Shown piece by piece: positions 35,410-47,587 of a stretch of 64,000 nucleotides of DNA. The DNA is from Selaginella moellendorffii (taxonomy: Eukaryota > Plantae > Lycopodiophyta), in assembly GCF_000143415.4 (NCBI RefSeq), contig NW_003314262.1:4378349-4442348 (forward strand), in the 5' to 3' direction. Each line of letters opens with the position of its first letter. Position 1 is the stretch's first letter. The position numbers and the translations under genes were made by a program. The notes beneath the pieces are model-generated. The model saw only the letters and a list, made by a program, of their open reading frames with translations, was not told where the DNA came from and ran no database searches.

Positions 35410-36231
35410 TGCCAAGAATGAGGAGGAATCACTGTATATAAATGGATACATATACATGGAACTATTGCCACATAGGCATAACCATTGCCATATCATCTCT
35501 ACTATCCAACACTTCTAGTCACGATCAAGTGCTTGATCCACATCTGAATCTAACCTTGAATCATACATGGCAAGGATGAGATGATGGAATATGAGGAGTC
35601 AATAAAAAAAAGTATATAAAAAACTCATCAATCAACCACTCAAAGCTTTGTTCTTGGTCTTGGTTTTATTTGCACACTCTTGCTTACTACTATGGCTTCA
35701 ATCTTGCCTCTATTATATGGTTTTGGCTTTGAAATGCTACACTCCCATGTCCTTTGTTAATTAGCACTTGAATCTCCATAAGCATTCTTCCCAATTGCTG
35801 GAAATGCTTATAAAGAGTTGTTATGTAATATTTTTGAGACTTAACCCAATTCTTTATTTGGGTTGTTGAAATCTCTTAATCTCCCACTAGCTTATTTTCT
35901 ACTTAATGTTGTTTGTTGCTCAATGCTTTTCAAAGCTTGGTACTGATCTAGCACCTCAAGCATCCAATGCATCCAACACCTCAATCATCCCAAACATTGC
36001 AAAAAAGATTGCAATCAGGAGGCTCATCCTCCTTTCTTTTATCACTAGCCTCTTGGCCAGCAAGTGTCATGAATAGGATCAAGAGGGCCTTGATACCATG
36101 AAAGCAGAAAAACACATGTATAAAACATATAGATGAGGAGGAAAGAACTATATATCATTGTATATGAATGGGTACATAATTACTACCCTGTAGACATAAC
36201 CACTATCACATCATCTCCAGTATATCCAACA
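35410..36231 (-). mobile_element. Old LTR element remnant with two diverged LTR copies
   Basis: Related blocks atgaggagga...cataacca...atcatctc...tatccaaca end at 35511 and 36231; PBS TGGTATCAAGG on the minus strand adjoins the 36099-36231 LTR. Confidence 0.6.
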
Positions 36232-36567
36232 CTAATATCTAGGATGGATCAGATTGAGAGGGAGTGTTGGAGCAAGAATCAAGAACACAAGAATCTGTAG
36301 TGGGAATCTAAGAGAGATTAAAAGAGATGAATGTATATATAAAACTCTATACAACAAGCATTCAATAGTAACTTTTACCATTCCATCACAGTGTGGCTGC
36401 AATATGTGAGGATGGACTTGAAGGTCATCTTGTCTGCCTTGCATCTTCTGGAACAAGTCGAGAGCCTGTTTTACATTACTATGGTGGTTCTGTATTATAT
36501 TTATTGTAAATTAAAGATGCATTTGATATTTATGGTCAATAAACTCATATTGTAAAAACAATTGCTA

Positions 36568-36770
36568 TATGTTGCATGTAACAACACTTGGTTTGCTTAA
36601 TAGTAGTGTTATTCTTACTTATTAATCCAATTGATCAAATAAAATTTATAATTATAAGCATATTTGTAATTTATAAGCACAAGATTAATATTATTGCATA
36701 TCAACCATTAGATGATAGAATAAAAAAGAATATACTAGAAAGGGTTTAAGAAAGTTTATAAATTATAAGC
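36568..36770 (+). repeat. AT-rich dispersed repeat; inverted copy at ~59615-59821
   Basis: atgttgcatgtaacaa...ggtttgcttaatag...caattgatcaaataaaatttataa...gaatatactagaaa matches the reverse complement of 59615-59821. Confidence 0.8.
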
Positions 36771-36786
36771 TTGTATAATCTATAAA

Positions 36787-37072
36787 TGCTTTATTTCGTT
36801 AAAGTGGGACTTATTCAGTAAAGTGGGACATTAATTAGCATGTGTCCACATGCCATTTCCTAGTACTTAATTAATATTTATTAATATTTCTATCAGTTTT
36901 TTAATTTATTTTTTTATATTTCACAATATTATAACACAAAATCATATGAAAAGTTTTTAATTTATAAATTATAAAGTTAAAACTTCAATTTTTTATTGTT
37001 GTTATAAAAATGGCATGTGGCCACACACCATAAGTGGGATAATGAAAAGTCCCACTTTAACGAAATAAAGCA
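36787..37072. mobile_element. MITE, 286 bp
   Basis: Perfect 26-bp TIRs TGCTTTATTTCGTTAAAGTGGGACTT, subterminal inverted ccacatgccattt/aaatggcatgtgg, flanked on both sides by TATAAA. Confidence 0.85.
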
Positions 37073-37749
37073 TATAAATACAAGATTAATCTAAATGAAT
37101 AGCAACCCTAGATGGTAGAATATCCTAGAATATCAAAGTATATTCTAGGTATATTCACTACCATCCACAGGTTTGCTTAAGCAAATTAAACATAAATATG
37201 TGCAATTACCTGAATTTAAACTTCAACTGGATTGTAATTTAGTGGAAATCCAGAAATACAAACATGGGCTAGTTAACAACTAAAATAAGCTATTTCTACC
37301 TCTCAAATAACAATATAAAAATTGGGACTGCAGACACAAGCTTCAAGCTGCCTCTTCAAGCTTTGTAGAAAATCAAAGGCTTTTCCATTTACCACATGCA
37401 GCTTTGAGTCTTCTCTTATCAGATGCCATCAAATAGAAAGCTCTTCTCCCACAGATCCAAGCAAGCTTTTGGAACTGGTGTAATATGTCTCTAGGAAGCT
37501 TCACACTCTTCACACTGTGATTGCTCCCAAGTTCCCACAAGATAAATTGCATTGGCAAGAGTTTGTGATTATGGCATTAACTATATAAGGCAAGCCATTA
37601 GTGTAGTATTCTTTTGTTAGTTGTGGCTGCTTCTTGAGGATCAAGCTCTTGAACCTCAATGTATAATTTGTAAACTCTCAGCTAGCAAAAATTGAAAATG
37701 ACTCAAATCACTCATGAGTCACTATGAAAAGCCTATTGGCTAGAAGGTA

Positions 37750-39480
37750 GCCAAAAAGGATGCTTGCAAGACTGCTGGACCTTGAGCCATCCACTCCATA
37801 TCTATGCCTTGTAATGTGGCTGGAAAAAGTTTCCTGCAATCTCTTGCACCTTCTTCATCATTTGTTGTGGATGTATTCTCAAATGCTATCACATAAGCAT
37901 CTTCATACCATTAAAGATGGTATACTTCATTTTTGTTGTTGCCATATTCATTACTTGTTGCTGCCGAGGTTGTTATATTGTTGTTATGCTGTGGTGGTGA
38001 AGTCCTACCACTTGTCTTTTTATTCTTGATTGTTCTCCTACTTGATGATAGGATTGCTTCACAAAGGATTTACACTTTTTGCTCTTGGACTCTCAAGATC
38101 ATAAACTAATGGTGGATTTTTTGCAAGAATTCTTGCTTCTCTCTCATGTTGTTGCTTCCCCCTTCTTTCCTTTCTCTCTTGCTCTAAAACAAGTTTCTCA
38201 AGATACTCTTTATTTCTTTGGCTCATACACCACTTAGAACCAACAACCTTCAATCTGTTGAAAGTAGCCTAGCTTTTCCTGGTGCTCACTCTTCCATTAC
38301 AATCTCCATGCTTGCTTTCACTTCCCAAGTAGTGCACCAAAAGATGTCACTCCTTACGACAATACACTGTAAAGTGGAGAACCACTGCTGCCTAGCCTCA
38401 TCACTAGTCTTATCGGCAACCTTTACTATAACCTTTGCCAACATTCTAACTTAGGGCTGGCCACATGTTGGAAAATCTGTTGATCTTACGCAATCTTTGT
38501 TATAGATCTTGTGCTCCTCAAATGCCCGTAGTCGCTATTACACCTCCACGCATTCTAAAGCTATTGGACAAAGCATTTCTACCAAGGATTTTTTCCTTAT
38601 TCCACTCCCTTCACTCCCACACTATGCTTTGTTTTGCTTGGAAAATGGCCGTTTGTCATCTTGTGAACCTCTAGGACCAAAGGATGCACCCTGTTCAAGC
38701 CAAATATTCCCTTAAGTACCCCCCACTATAACCAAAAAAGAAGAAAACCTCTCAACTTCAACTTAATTTTATTCTTGAGCTAGCTCTGTCTATTGATAAT
38801 TAACTTGGAGGTCTCTGTCTAATTACCTTCTACTTTCTTGGCCATCTTTTGAACTCCACTAATATACTATGTAGATTTGAATAGAACATCTATATCAACT
38901 TTATAACCAAGGCTTAGTAGGAGTTTTGACTTGCTACTTATATACCCCATATTTTACCTTTGGAAGCCTATCATTTGATAAAAAGACATTACTATTCAAG
39001 TGTGCCACCAAAGTGCTCATAGTAACTTGTTTTGAATCTACTTGAACACATGCCCTAGCTTCCCATAACAAATCATTTAAATTGCCTTTCACAACATTGT
39101 ACTTCTAGATCTTTGCCACTAAGTGACTCTTCCTTGTCCACCATGGTCCATTATGTTGTTGAATGTGCGTCTAAGTTTTAAAGTAGCAACAAGTTGTTCA
39201 TCATCAGGTTCAAATTGTTCCTATAAGTTATTAGGTTCATCATCTCATGCATTTGTAAAAATCTTTAAAGTTCTAAGCTTGTGTTTACTTATTTATTGGT
39301 AAAGCTACTCCAAGAGCCTTCTTACTTCCTTCAAGCCATCTATAAGAAGAACAATCACCTTCTCATCAGTTTTGACTCCTATATAATATATATCTTACAT
39401 GAGTTAATCTTATAATAAACACATATTTACCCCTTCCCCTCCCAATAGTAGCCAGCTAATACTACCCACTTTTGATCTCC
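37750..39480 (-). mobile_element. Highly degenerate gag-like retroelement remnant (tentative)
   Basis: Stop-riddled, charged coiled-coil-like frames and a possible decayed zinc knuckle (CGSEG) inside the TE island; no clear catalytic motif. Confidence 0.3.
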
Positions 39481-39769
39481 CATTTTCTTGTATAGTCACT
39501 TAAATTAGCTGGAAAGTTTATTATATATACTTGATTTTTCAAGTTCTGACCAAATAGAATCTTGCTTTTTATGAGCTGCAACAAACTTTAAGGCTAAATT
39601 TGCTTTCATCTCAACAGCATGATTGATATAGCTAGCATTGGCTTTACAAAAATTGGAGGGAACCATCTTTAATGGATTAAATGCAATCAATGTGAACTTA
39701 GGGTTGAAGCCTATAGAGCTTTATCAAATTTTATGATAAATAAAGCAGAATAACTAGGAATGTGAGTTG

Positions 39770-41010
39770 GAAGACTAGTGATTTTGTCATGGTTTTGTTA
39801 GGGGTCCAAAGTAAATAAATCAAAATTATCAGAATGCTATGAGTATGGTTAGAAAATATGGAAAACTTGACATATTTATCACTTTTACATACAACAAAAA
39901 ATTTCAGAAAACATGTTGCCTAAAAAAAATACATCTAATAGACCTGATTTAGTAGCTCAAGTGTTTTATACAAAAATAAATTTAAAACATTGATAGATAA
40001 TATATATAAACACAATATTTTTAAAGATATTAATGCTTATGTATATGTTATTGAATTCCAAAAAAGAGACCTACCACATTGTTATATACTTGTGATTTTA
40101 AAGAGCAAGAATAAAATAAAAATTATAGATGATATAGATAATATTGTTTTGTGCATAAATACCTGATTTAAATGAAAATCTTGAGTTATATTGATTAGAC
40201 ATATGATTCAAGTTTTCCAAATAATCCTTACTATAAAAAAGGTGAATGTAAGTTGCACTTTCCTAGAGATTATTATAAAGAAAAAAATATTAGTGGACAA
40301 TTTCCAAAATATAAAAGACCATGGTATATATCTTTATGAGAGTTGCTTCTTCAACCTCAATCAGATCTATAAATAATTTGTTGTTCCTTATAACAAATAT
40401 TTATTACAAAAATATAAAGCACACATAAATATGGAAGTATATTCTACCCTAAAAAGTGTTAAAGAAGTGTAATGTGTACTGAGGTACACATTGAAACTAT
40501 TGGGGAAGTAGTCAAGTTAAAGAATGACTTAATTGAGATGAAATTAAAGCATTTAGAAATATCAGTATATGTCTATGGTAGAGGGAATGTGGAGAATATT
40601 TAGTTATAAATTTATGTGGATGCTCACATACAATTGAAAGATTGGATGTTCATTTACTAAATTTATAAAATATATATTTTAATGAGGGTGAATAAGAAAT
40701 TGCTCTGGAAAGAGGTTGTCATACAAAATTAACTGAGTGGTTTGAACTAAATAAAGGAGATGAATTCACAAGAGCACACATATCTAAAAATACCAGAATG
40801 GTATCTATAGTATACAAGAAATAAAATATGGTGTCGATGCCAACAGGCTTCAAAAAGTAATTAGTAAGATGTACATTGTACCACCAAAGGATGGTAAATA
40901 TTTTTATATGTGTCTTTTGCTATTATATTCAAAAGTTATATAAAGCTTTGAACATTTAAAACAATGGAACAATATACAAACAATATGACACATATAGAGT
41001 TGTGGCATAC
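39770..41010 (+). mobile_element. Helitron Rep/helicase remnant
   Basis: Degenerate but ordered motifs: GKLDIFITFT, NRPDLVAQVF, YVIEFQKRDLPHCYIL (HUH region, 40053-40079), VPYNKYLLQKYKAHINMEV, ISKMYIVPPKDGKYFYMCLLL...SFEHLK. Confidence 0.85.
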
Positions 41011-41061
41011 GTAACAAAGCACTTCCTTGTGGCCCCTTCGTTTTCTAAGTGAGAACTAGCA

Positions 41062-41147
41062 TATTATTTAGGGCTCATGCGCATTCTAATGGTTTCGATC
41101 AATCTCCAGGGATCTAGCCAAGAAGCAACATCAGCAGCAGCCGCGTC
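41062..41147 (+). pseudogene. Short 5' relic of the PPR gene
   Basis: atattatttagggctcatgcg...ctccagggatctagcc...caacatcagcagc matches 26048-26195. Confidence 0.75.
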
Positions 41148-41319
41148 TTGGAGGTGGAGAACATCGGAATTTCGTCCAGATGTGTTGCAGCACCAGTGAG
41201 GGCATCTCCGCATCGTTCTGGGTGAAAAAAGAATCGTTCCTTCACACATCCAGTTGTGAGGAGTGCTGATAGCTTTCCTTACAAAATAGCTCTTGCTGTG
41301 CAGTCGCAGGTTTTTGGTA

Positions 41320-42053
41320 CAGAATGGCTTGATTCCCGTGTGTCTGCTCGATACGATCATATTGCTTGCCGGTCATCCAACTTAACCTTTAGAATTGGCG
41401 AAGCTAGGAGCAGCTTGTGCGCAGAGTGGGGATTTTTCCAGGTACTCCTTGTAATGTTTACATCGCCTTTGTTTTGACATAAAACTTTTGTAAACTATAA
41501 TATCCCAAGTGTCCGAGTCTCCGAGAAGCGGAGAAGCATGAGTTTTGCAGTAAATCCAGGGAGCTGTGAAGAGGCATTTCCTTGTGCTCGACTGGGTTGT
41601 TCTTCTCTATCACCAATTGCTCTCCATCTCCACTCGGAACTTGTCTTTTTGGCCGACCAAGCCCGAGTCTTACAGGTACTCAGCAGGTGCATGCACTTGC
41701 AATTTACAAAGAGTCTCCTTGGAAAGATTTCAGAGACGCTTGGCCTCGATGGCGGCGAGTCCGACTTCCTGGAGGAAAAGTTTGGAGAGTGCATCTACTA
41801 GACTATTCGGGTTACAAACCATTACCGTCCGTATCACTATGCTGCTCCAAGACGACTCCAGATTTTGCAGATCAGATTTACTATCATTTTTCTAAGAGTT
41901 CTTACCTCTTTCTCTTCAGATAATAACCAAGCCGTGGTGAAGAACGAACGCTTATCTTGGGCAATGTTTCAAAGCCCGTTACTCGATATGCTCGTTGCTC
42001 CTGCTGTGAATCCCGGGTTCGGGCAGTACAGGTCGAGCTTCCTCAACAAATGA
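41320..42053 (+). pseudogene. Relic 2OG-Fe(II) dioxygenase inside the P450 array
   Basis: CAEWGFFQV, LLGKISETLGL...FLEEKFGE...IRVTNHYRP and AVVKNERLSWAMFQSP in broken frames; HxD region deleted. Confidence 0.72.
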
Positions 42054-42331
42054 GTTTTCATTTCAGGAATTTGGAAGCTGAGCAGGCACTGCATGGAAAA
42101 TAGCCTCGACCCATTTCTCTACATTTTTCTCCCGAAGGTTAAGAGCTGGGGTCTCAGCTCCCCCCGGCCTTTGCACCGATGATGATAGTGTGTAACGAGA
42201 ATGTTTATGCTTTTCTAGAAAGTCTCCTGGAATCTCGAGCAAGAGTATCACGATTCACATCACGCTTGTCTTCATTGGAACGCGAGTTCTTTATAATAGG
42301 GCAAGGCCTGTAGATCCAGGCTAACGAATCG

Positions 42332-43857
42332 ATGGACTTAGGTGCGGCCTTGCTCGTCTTCGGCATCAGCTGCATCGCACTACTACTTCTCATCCGGAGA
42401 ATTCGTTCGCCAAAACGGCGGCTCCCTCCAGGTCCGTTTTCCTTCCCCGTTTTTGGAGCGCTCTTCTCCCTCGAGGAGCCACTCCACCACCACTTTGCGA
42501 AGATCAGCAAGAAGTATGGGCCGATTGTCTACCTCAAGATCGGAATGGTCGTGGTGGTGAACGACAACGAAATGGCCGCAGAGGTTCTTAAGGCTCACGA
42601 CCTCGAGTTTCCAAACCGACCTGACGACGAGTTCTTCCGGATCGTCAGCCACGACTGGAACAATCTCATCATGGCGCCCATAGGTGATAAGTGGAAGGCA
42701 ATGAGGAGGATTTGCAGCACACAGCCGTTTAACAACACTATGCTCAAGGCAAGTGCAGGATTCCGGGAGTTGGAAATGAAGCATACAGTCAGATCCCTTT
42801 TCCAGCAATCTGGGACAGCGATCAACCTGCAAGAGGTTTTCAGTAATCTCTTGTCAAATTCAATATGCCTGGTTCTTTTTAGCGAGCGGGGACTGGAAGT
42901 GGTGGATCTCATCCGGAACATAGTCGACCTAAGCTTGAACTTGAACATTGGAACGCTGCTTCCGGCACTCGACTGGCTGGATTTTCATGGAGTCTACAAG
43001 AAACTAAACAACTTGCTCATTCCTCGCCTGAAGCTCTTGCTGGAGGATCAAATCGACAAGCACCGACGCAGGAAAGATGAAGCTGGGGACAGGTTCGTCC
43101 CTCAAGACTTCACCGATGTTCTTATATCTCTCGAGGACAAGGATAAATTGTCAGACATCTCCATTTTGGCACTGCTCTCGGTATGTTTTACCAACATCCC
43201 GTGATCTCTCATGTTTCCTTCTTGCGACAGGACATGGTTGTTGCGGGGCTGGAAACTTCACTAGTGACGCTCGAGTGGACAATGGCGGAACTCATAAACC
43301 ATCCCCGAGTCATGTCCAAGGCACAAGACGAGATGGACAACGTTGTAGGGAGAGCTCGCACGGTGTAAGAGTCCGATCTTCCAAATCTTCCATACATCGA
43401 AGCCATTGTCAAGGAATCACTGCGTCTCCACCCGGCGGCCCCACTGGGACTTCCTCACGTGAATCCCAAGCCCGTCAAGCTGGGTGGCTACACCATCCCT
43501 GGTGGCTGCAAGGTTCTCGTCAACATATGGGCCATTGGGCGCAATCCTGATCGCTGGTCCGATCCCAAAGCGTTCCAGCCGGAGCGCTTTCTCAACTCGA
43601 GCGGCGCCATCTCTGCCAACGGGCAGAACTTTGACTTCCTTCCATTCTCATCGGGGAGGAGAGTTTGTGTTGGCTATCCACTCGCGATGAGATCCATTCC
43701 GTTTTTCGTGGCCAGTTTGCTCCAGGCATTCGATTGGAGTGCTGCTAACCCGGGCGGGATCGACATGGAAGAGCGCTCTAGAAGTATGACGATGAAGCTC
43801 AATGCCGAGTTGCTTGTCAATGCGTCCATGAGGCTCAAATGTCAAAATATAATATAA
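42332..43857 (+). pseudogene. Cytochrome P450 copy C (single premature stop)
   Basis: Intron 43181-43230; CAA has become TAA at 43366-43368, upstream of the ExxR and heme motifs; otherwise open. Confidence 0.85.
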
Positions 43858-44929
43858 TTGAGCTTTGAAAAAATTCCAGATTTTTCTATCATTGATTTTG
43901 GCCCTAAGCTCCAAACATACCACAGCTACACTTTCATTATTCGTGATTGCATAATCCAGGTACTGCACAAGTAAAAGAAGGAGAGGTCTTCTCTTGCGTA
44001 CGTGGGCCGTTGGATTTGTGGCCATCCGACGGTGGATGGCTTCTAATTGTGATCGGTCATAATCAAGTTGTGATTGGAAGGTGTGGAAAAAAAATGTTAT
44101 GTGCTAGACGTGCTAGCAAAAATGTCAAGGACAGGGCGGGAGCAATCGAAGTGCCGAATTCAACAGCATGAAATGCAGTGCCTGCATTGGATTTACAACC
44201 CATCTGGCGATCGAGAGGCCTGGATGGCAGAGACAACATACTCAACGATTTAGTCTCTGTCTCTTAAAATGGGCGTGGGATTTGGATCGAAATGCAGTGC
44301 CTGCTTTGGATTTCGGCTTTGGATCGAAATGACGGTGAGAGGCCAAGATCCAAGCACGCAATGGAGAAATCCAAAGAGCAGAGGCGCGATTTGGCAGTGG
44401 AGGGGATGATGGGCGACTCCCTCCATTTGGAAGGTGAATTCATGGTGTAGCTGCAAGCCTTTACATTTCCAGGAGAATTCCGATCCCGCTCTCTGTCGAT
44501 CAACGCTACACCAAGGTCATTGTGGTGCGAAAACTGAAGCAACCACAAATTTTTGTTTTTGCCCCAGCACCGCTCTTTGCTGACAGGGAGCAAAGCTTAG
44601 ACATTTGTGAGCTGGCTTTGCGCTCTACATTCAAGCTTTTTCCTAGAGCCTAAAAAACCACAGTGAACAGAGGTGTTGGATGCATGGCGGACACCTCACA
44701 AATCCGTGTATTGAAAACCTGATACGCATTGAGGTGCTGGAAGATCCTAAACGAATGGCGTTTTAAAAAACTCTTTTTGCGTCTAAGTAAATCAACTGAT
44801 TCACCTGGACCAATGAAAGAAACTACTTCCCCAAAGAAAGAGAGTGTTGTAAGCCAGAGAAGAAATCTGAATACTGCGTGATGCTCATTTTAAAAAAGTC
44901 GCATATTGTACACAATATCATTTGGAAAT

Positions 44930-45520
44930 CGAATACTATTTTCGTTCTATGGCGCTGGGTTAAGAGCAGCAAAATCTAGCCGCCGAGAACAGCAACATCA
45001 GCAGCAGCCGCGTAGGTATCCTGGAGAAGAGGGAGCAAGTTAAGTCGTGTAGCAGCGCCAGGGATCTCCGAGAGGGCAGGCACCTCCATTCTAGCGCTGT
45101 TTGCCAATGCAGGGCCAATGCATCGCCGTGGCAAGTGCGATGGTCGGTCGCAACCCTCATGGCGTGCATTGCTCTGGGCGAAGAGATCAACCGGCAAAAA
45201 TCTCTGGAAATAAATGGTGGTTGTAGAGAGGGGGCGAGAGATCATGCACACCTACGTGTCATCAACATGTACTCGAAGCTTTGAGGTGAGAAGCGATGTG
45301 TTATGGACCGCAATAATGATGGGGTATCACGAGAATGGAGGTTGGAGCTTTTCTGGGCCATGCCAACCTTCTGGACGAAGAAGTGGAGGGAATGCTGTTC
45401 GCTCCAAACGCCGTGGCATGGAAAACGGTGCTGGGGACAATGACGGTGGCGTTTGAGGGATTGACAGTCGCCGGCATACATTCTCGACCAGCTGTTCTTT
45501 TCTACATGCAAACTGAAGTT
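44930..45520 (+). pseudogene. Internally deleted PPR relic upstream of P450 copy D
   Basis: Patches of 26100-26830 and 28040-28320 (gatctccgagagggcagg, ccctcatggcgtgcattgctctgggcg, PNAVAWKTVLG). Confidence 0.82.
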
Positions 45521-45610
45521 TTACTATATGAATCACGAGACCGGTGGATGCCAGAGATGCTCATTTCTCTATAATATGGCGATGCCGTGTAGATTCAGAC
45601 CATCGACTCG

Positions 45611-47140
45611 ATGGGCTTTGCTGTGGCCTTGTTCCTCCTTAGCGTCGGCTGGATCACTCTATCTCTCTTCATTGAGAGAATTCGATCGTCGCGGCTCCCT
45701 CCAGGTCCATTCTCTTTGCCCATATTTGGAGCGCTCTTCTCCCTCGAGGAGCCACTCCACCACCACTTTGCGAAGATCAGCAAGAAGTATGGGCCGATTG
45801 TCTTCCTCAAGATGGGAATGGCCCCGTTCGTGGTGGTCAACGACAACCAAATGGCAGCACAGGTTCTCAAGGCCCACGACCTTGAGTTTGGAAGCCGGCC
45901 GGAAGATGGGTTCTTCCGGATCGTCAGCCACGGCGGGAACGATCTCGTCCTGGCTCCCATCGGTGATAAGTGGAAAGCAATGAGGAGGATTTGCAGCACA
46001 CACCTGTTTAGCAACAGTATGGTCAAGGCAAGTGCAGGATTCCGGGAGTCAGAGATGAAGCATGCAGTCAAGGCCATTTTCCAGCAATCCGGGACAACGA
46101 TCAAGCTGCAAGAGGTTCTCAGCAATCTCTTATCAAATTCGCTGTGCCTGGTTCTTTTTAGCGAGCGGGGGCTGGAAGTGGTGGATCTTGTCCGGAGCGT
46201 AGCCGCTCTAAGCTTGAACTTGAACATTGGAATCCTGTTTCCGGCACTCGACCGGCTGGATTTTCATGGAGTCTATCGGAAACTCAACACGCAGCTCATG
46301 CCTCGCCTGAAGCTCCTGCTGGAAGATCAAATCGACAAGCATCGACGCAGGAAAGATCAAGCTGGAGACGGATTCATCCCTCGAGATTTCATCGACGTTC
46401 TTATATCTCTGGAGGACAAGGATAAGTTGTCCAACATCTCCACTTTGGCACTGCTCTCGGTAAGCTTCTAGATCGTGGTCGGTATCTCTTAAAAGCTCTC
46501 TTTTATCCAGGACATGATTCTCGCGGGGCTGGAAACGTCACTAGTGACGATCGAGTGGACAATGGCGGAGCTCATTAACCATCCGCAAGTCATGTCCAAG
46601 GCTCAACAGGAGATGGACAACGTTGTAGGCAGAGCTCGCGCTGTGCAAGAGTCCGATCTTCCAAATCTTCCATACATCGAAGCCATTGTCAAGGAGTCAT
46701 TACGTCTCCACCCGGCGCTCCCACTGGGATTTCCTCACTTGAATCCCAAGCCAGTCAAGTTGGGCGGCTACACCATCCCTGGCGGCTGCAAGGTTCTCGT
46801 CAACATATGGGCCATTGGACGCGATCCCGCTCGCTGGTCCGACCCAGAGGCGTTCCAGCCGGAGCGTTTTCTGGACTCCAACCCCATCCCTGCCAACGGC
46901 CAGAACCTTGATTTCCTTCCATTCTCGTCGGGGAGGAGAGTTTGTGTTGGCTATCCACTGGCCATGAGATCGATATCGTTTTTCGTGGCCAGTTTGCTCC
47001 AGGCATTCGAGTGGAGTCCTGCTAACCCAGGCGGGATCGACATGGAGGAACGCACAAGAAGTATGACGATGAAGCTCACTGCCGACTTGCTTGTAAATGC
47101 GTCTATCAGGCTCGATCAGAATATATTGATAAATAATTAA
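45611..47140 (+). CDS. Cytochrome P450, 71 clan (copy D, intact)
   Basis: Exons 45611-46459 and 46511-47140; AGLETS, KESLR, PERF, FSSGRRVCVG. Confidence 0.92.
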
Positions 47141-47142
47141 AA

Positions 47143-47425
47143 TGACCAAATGCCTTGACCTTTTTCTCTTCATACCAGGCAACAAATATGGAGCATTCGT
47201 GTACTTCAAAATTGGGATGGTTCCATATTTGTAACTAAACAGGCAGCAAAGGTCCTTAAAGTTCCTGTATCAAACAATGCTGAAAATAGATAACAAATTG
47301 CTATGGGGGGCATTGCAAAACCTTGTAAACAGTGTATTAATGAATGAAACAAATAGTTCTTCAAGGTAGACATCCAGTGATAAATTGATGCACCAGTGGG
47401 TGATGAATTAAAGAATGAAGAAGTT
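47143..47425 (+). pseudogene. Old 5' fragment of a sixth P450 copy
   Basis: KYGAFVYFKIGMVPY and APVGDE remnants colinear with P450 exon 1. Confidence 0.6.
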
Positions 47426-47587
47426 TTAATTTTTAATGTTTTATTTGATTGAAATTTTATATGTTAGTCTCATGGAATCATTGACTCGTGGATGCAAGAA
47501 TGCAATCACGATGCTCTTGTCTTGATGTTCACTATAACATGGCTATAACATGGCCATGGCATGTAGATCCAGACCAGCTTAGAATGA

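Noticed and set aside
41040-41062. CTAG as a possible Helitron 3' terminus
   Set aside because: No convincing GC hairpin upstream, and it is not followed by T
43990-44900. Moderately GC-rich segment with a duplicated aaatgcagtgcctgc motif
   Set aside because: Could be another gene relic, but no family motif recognised
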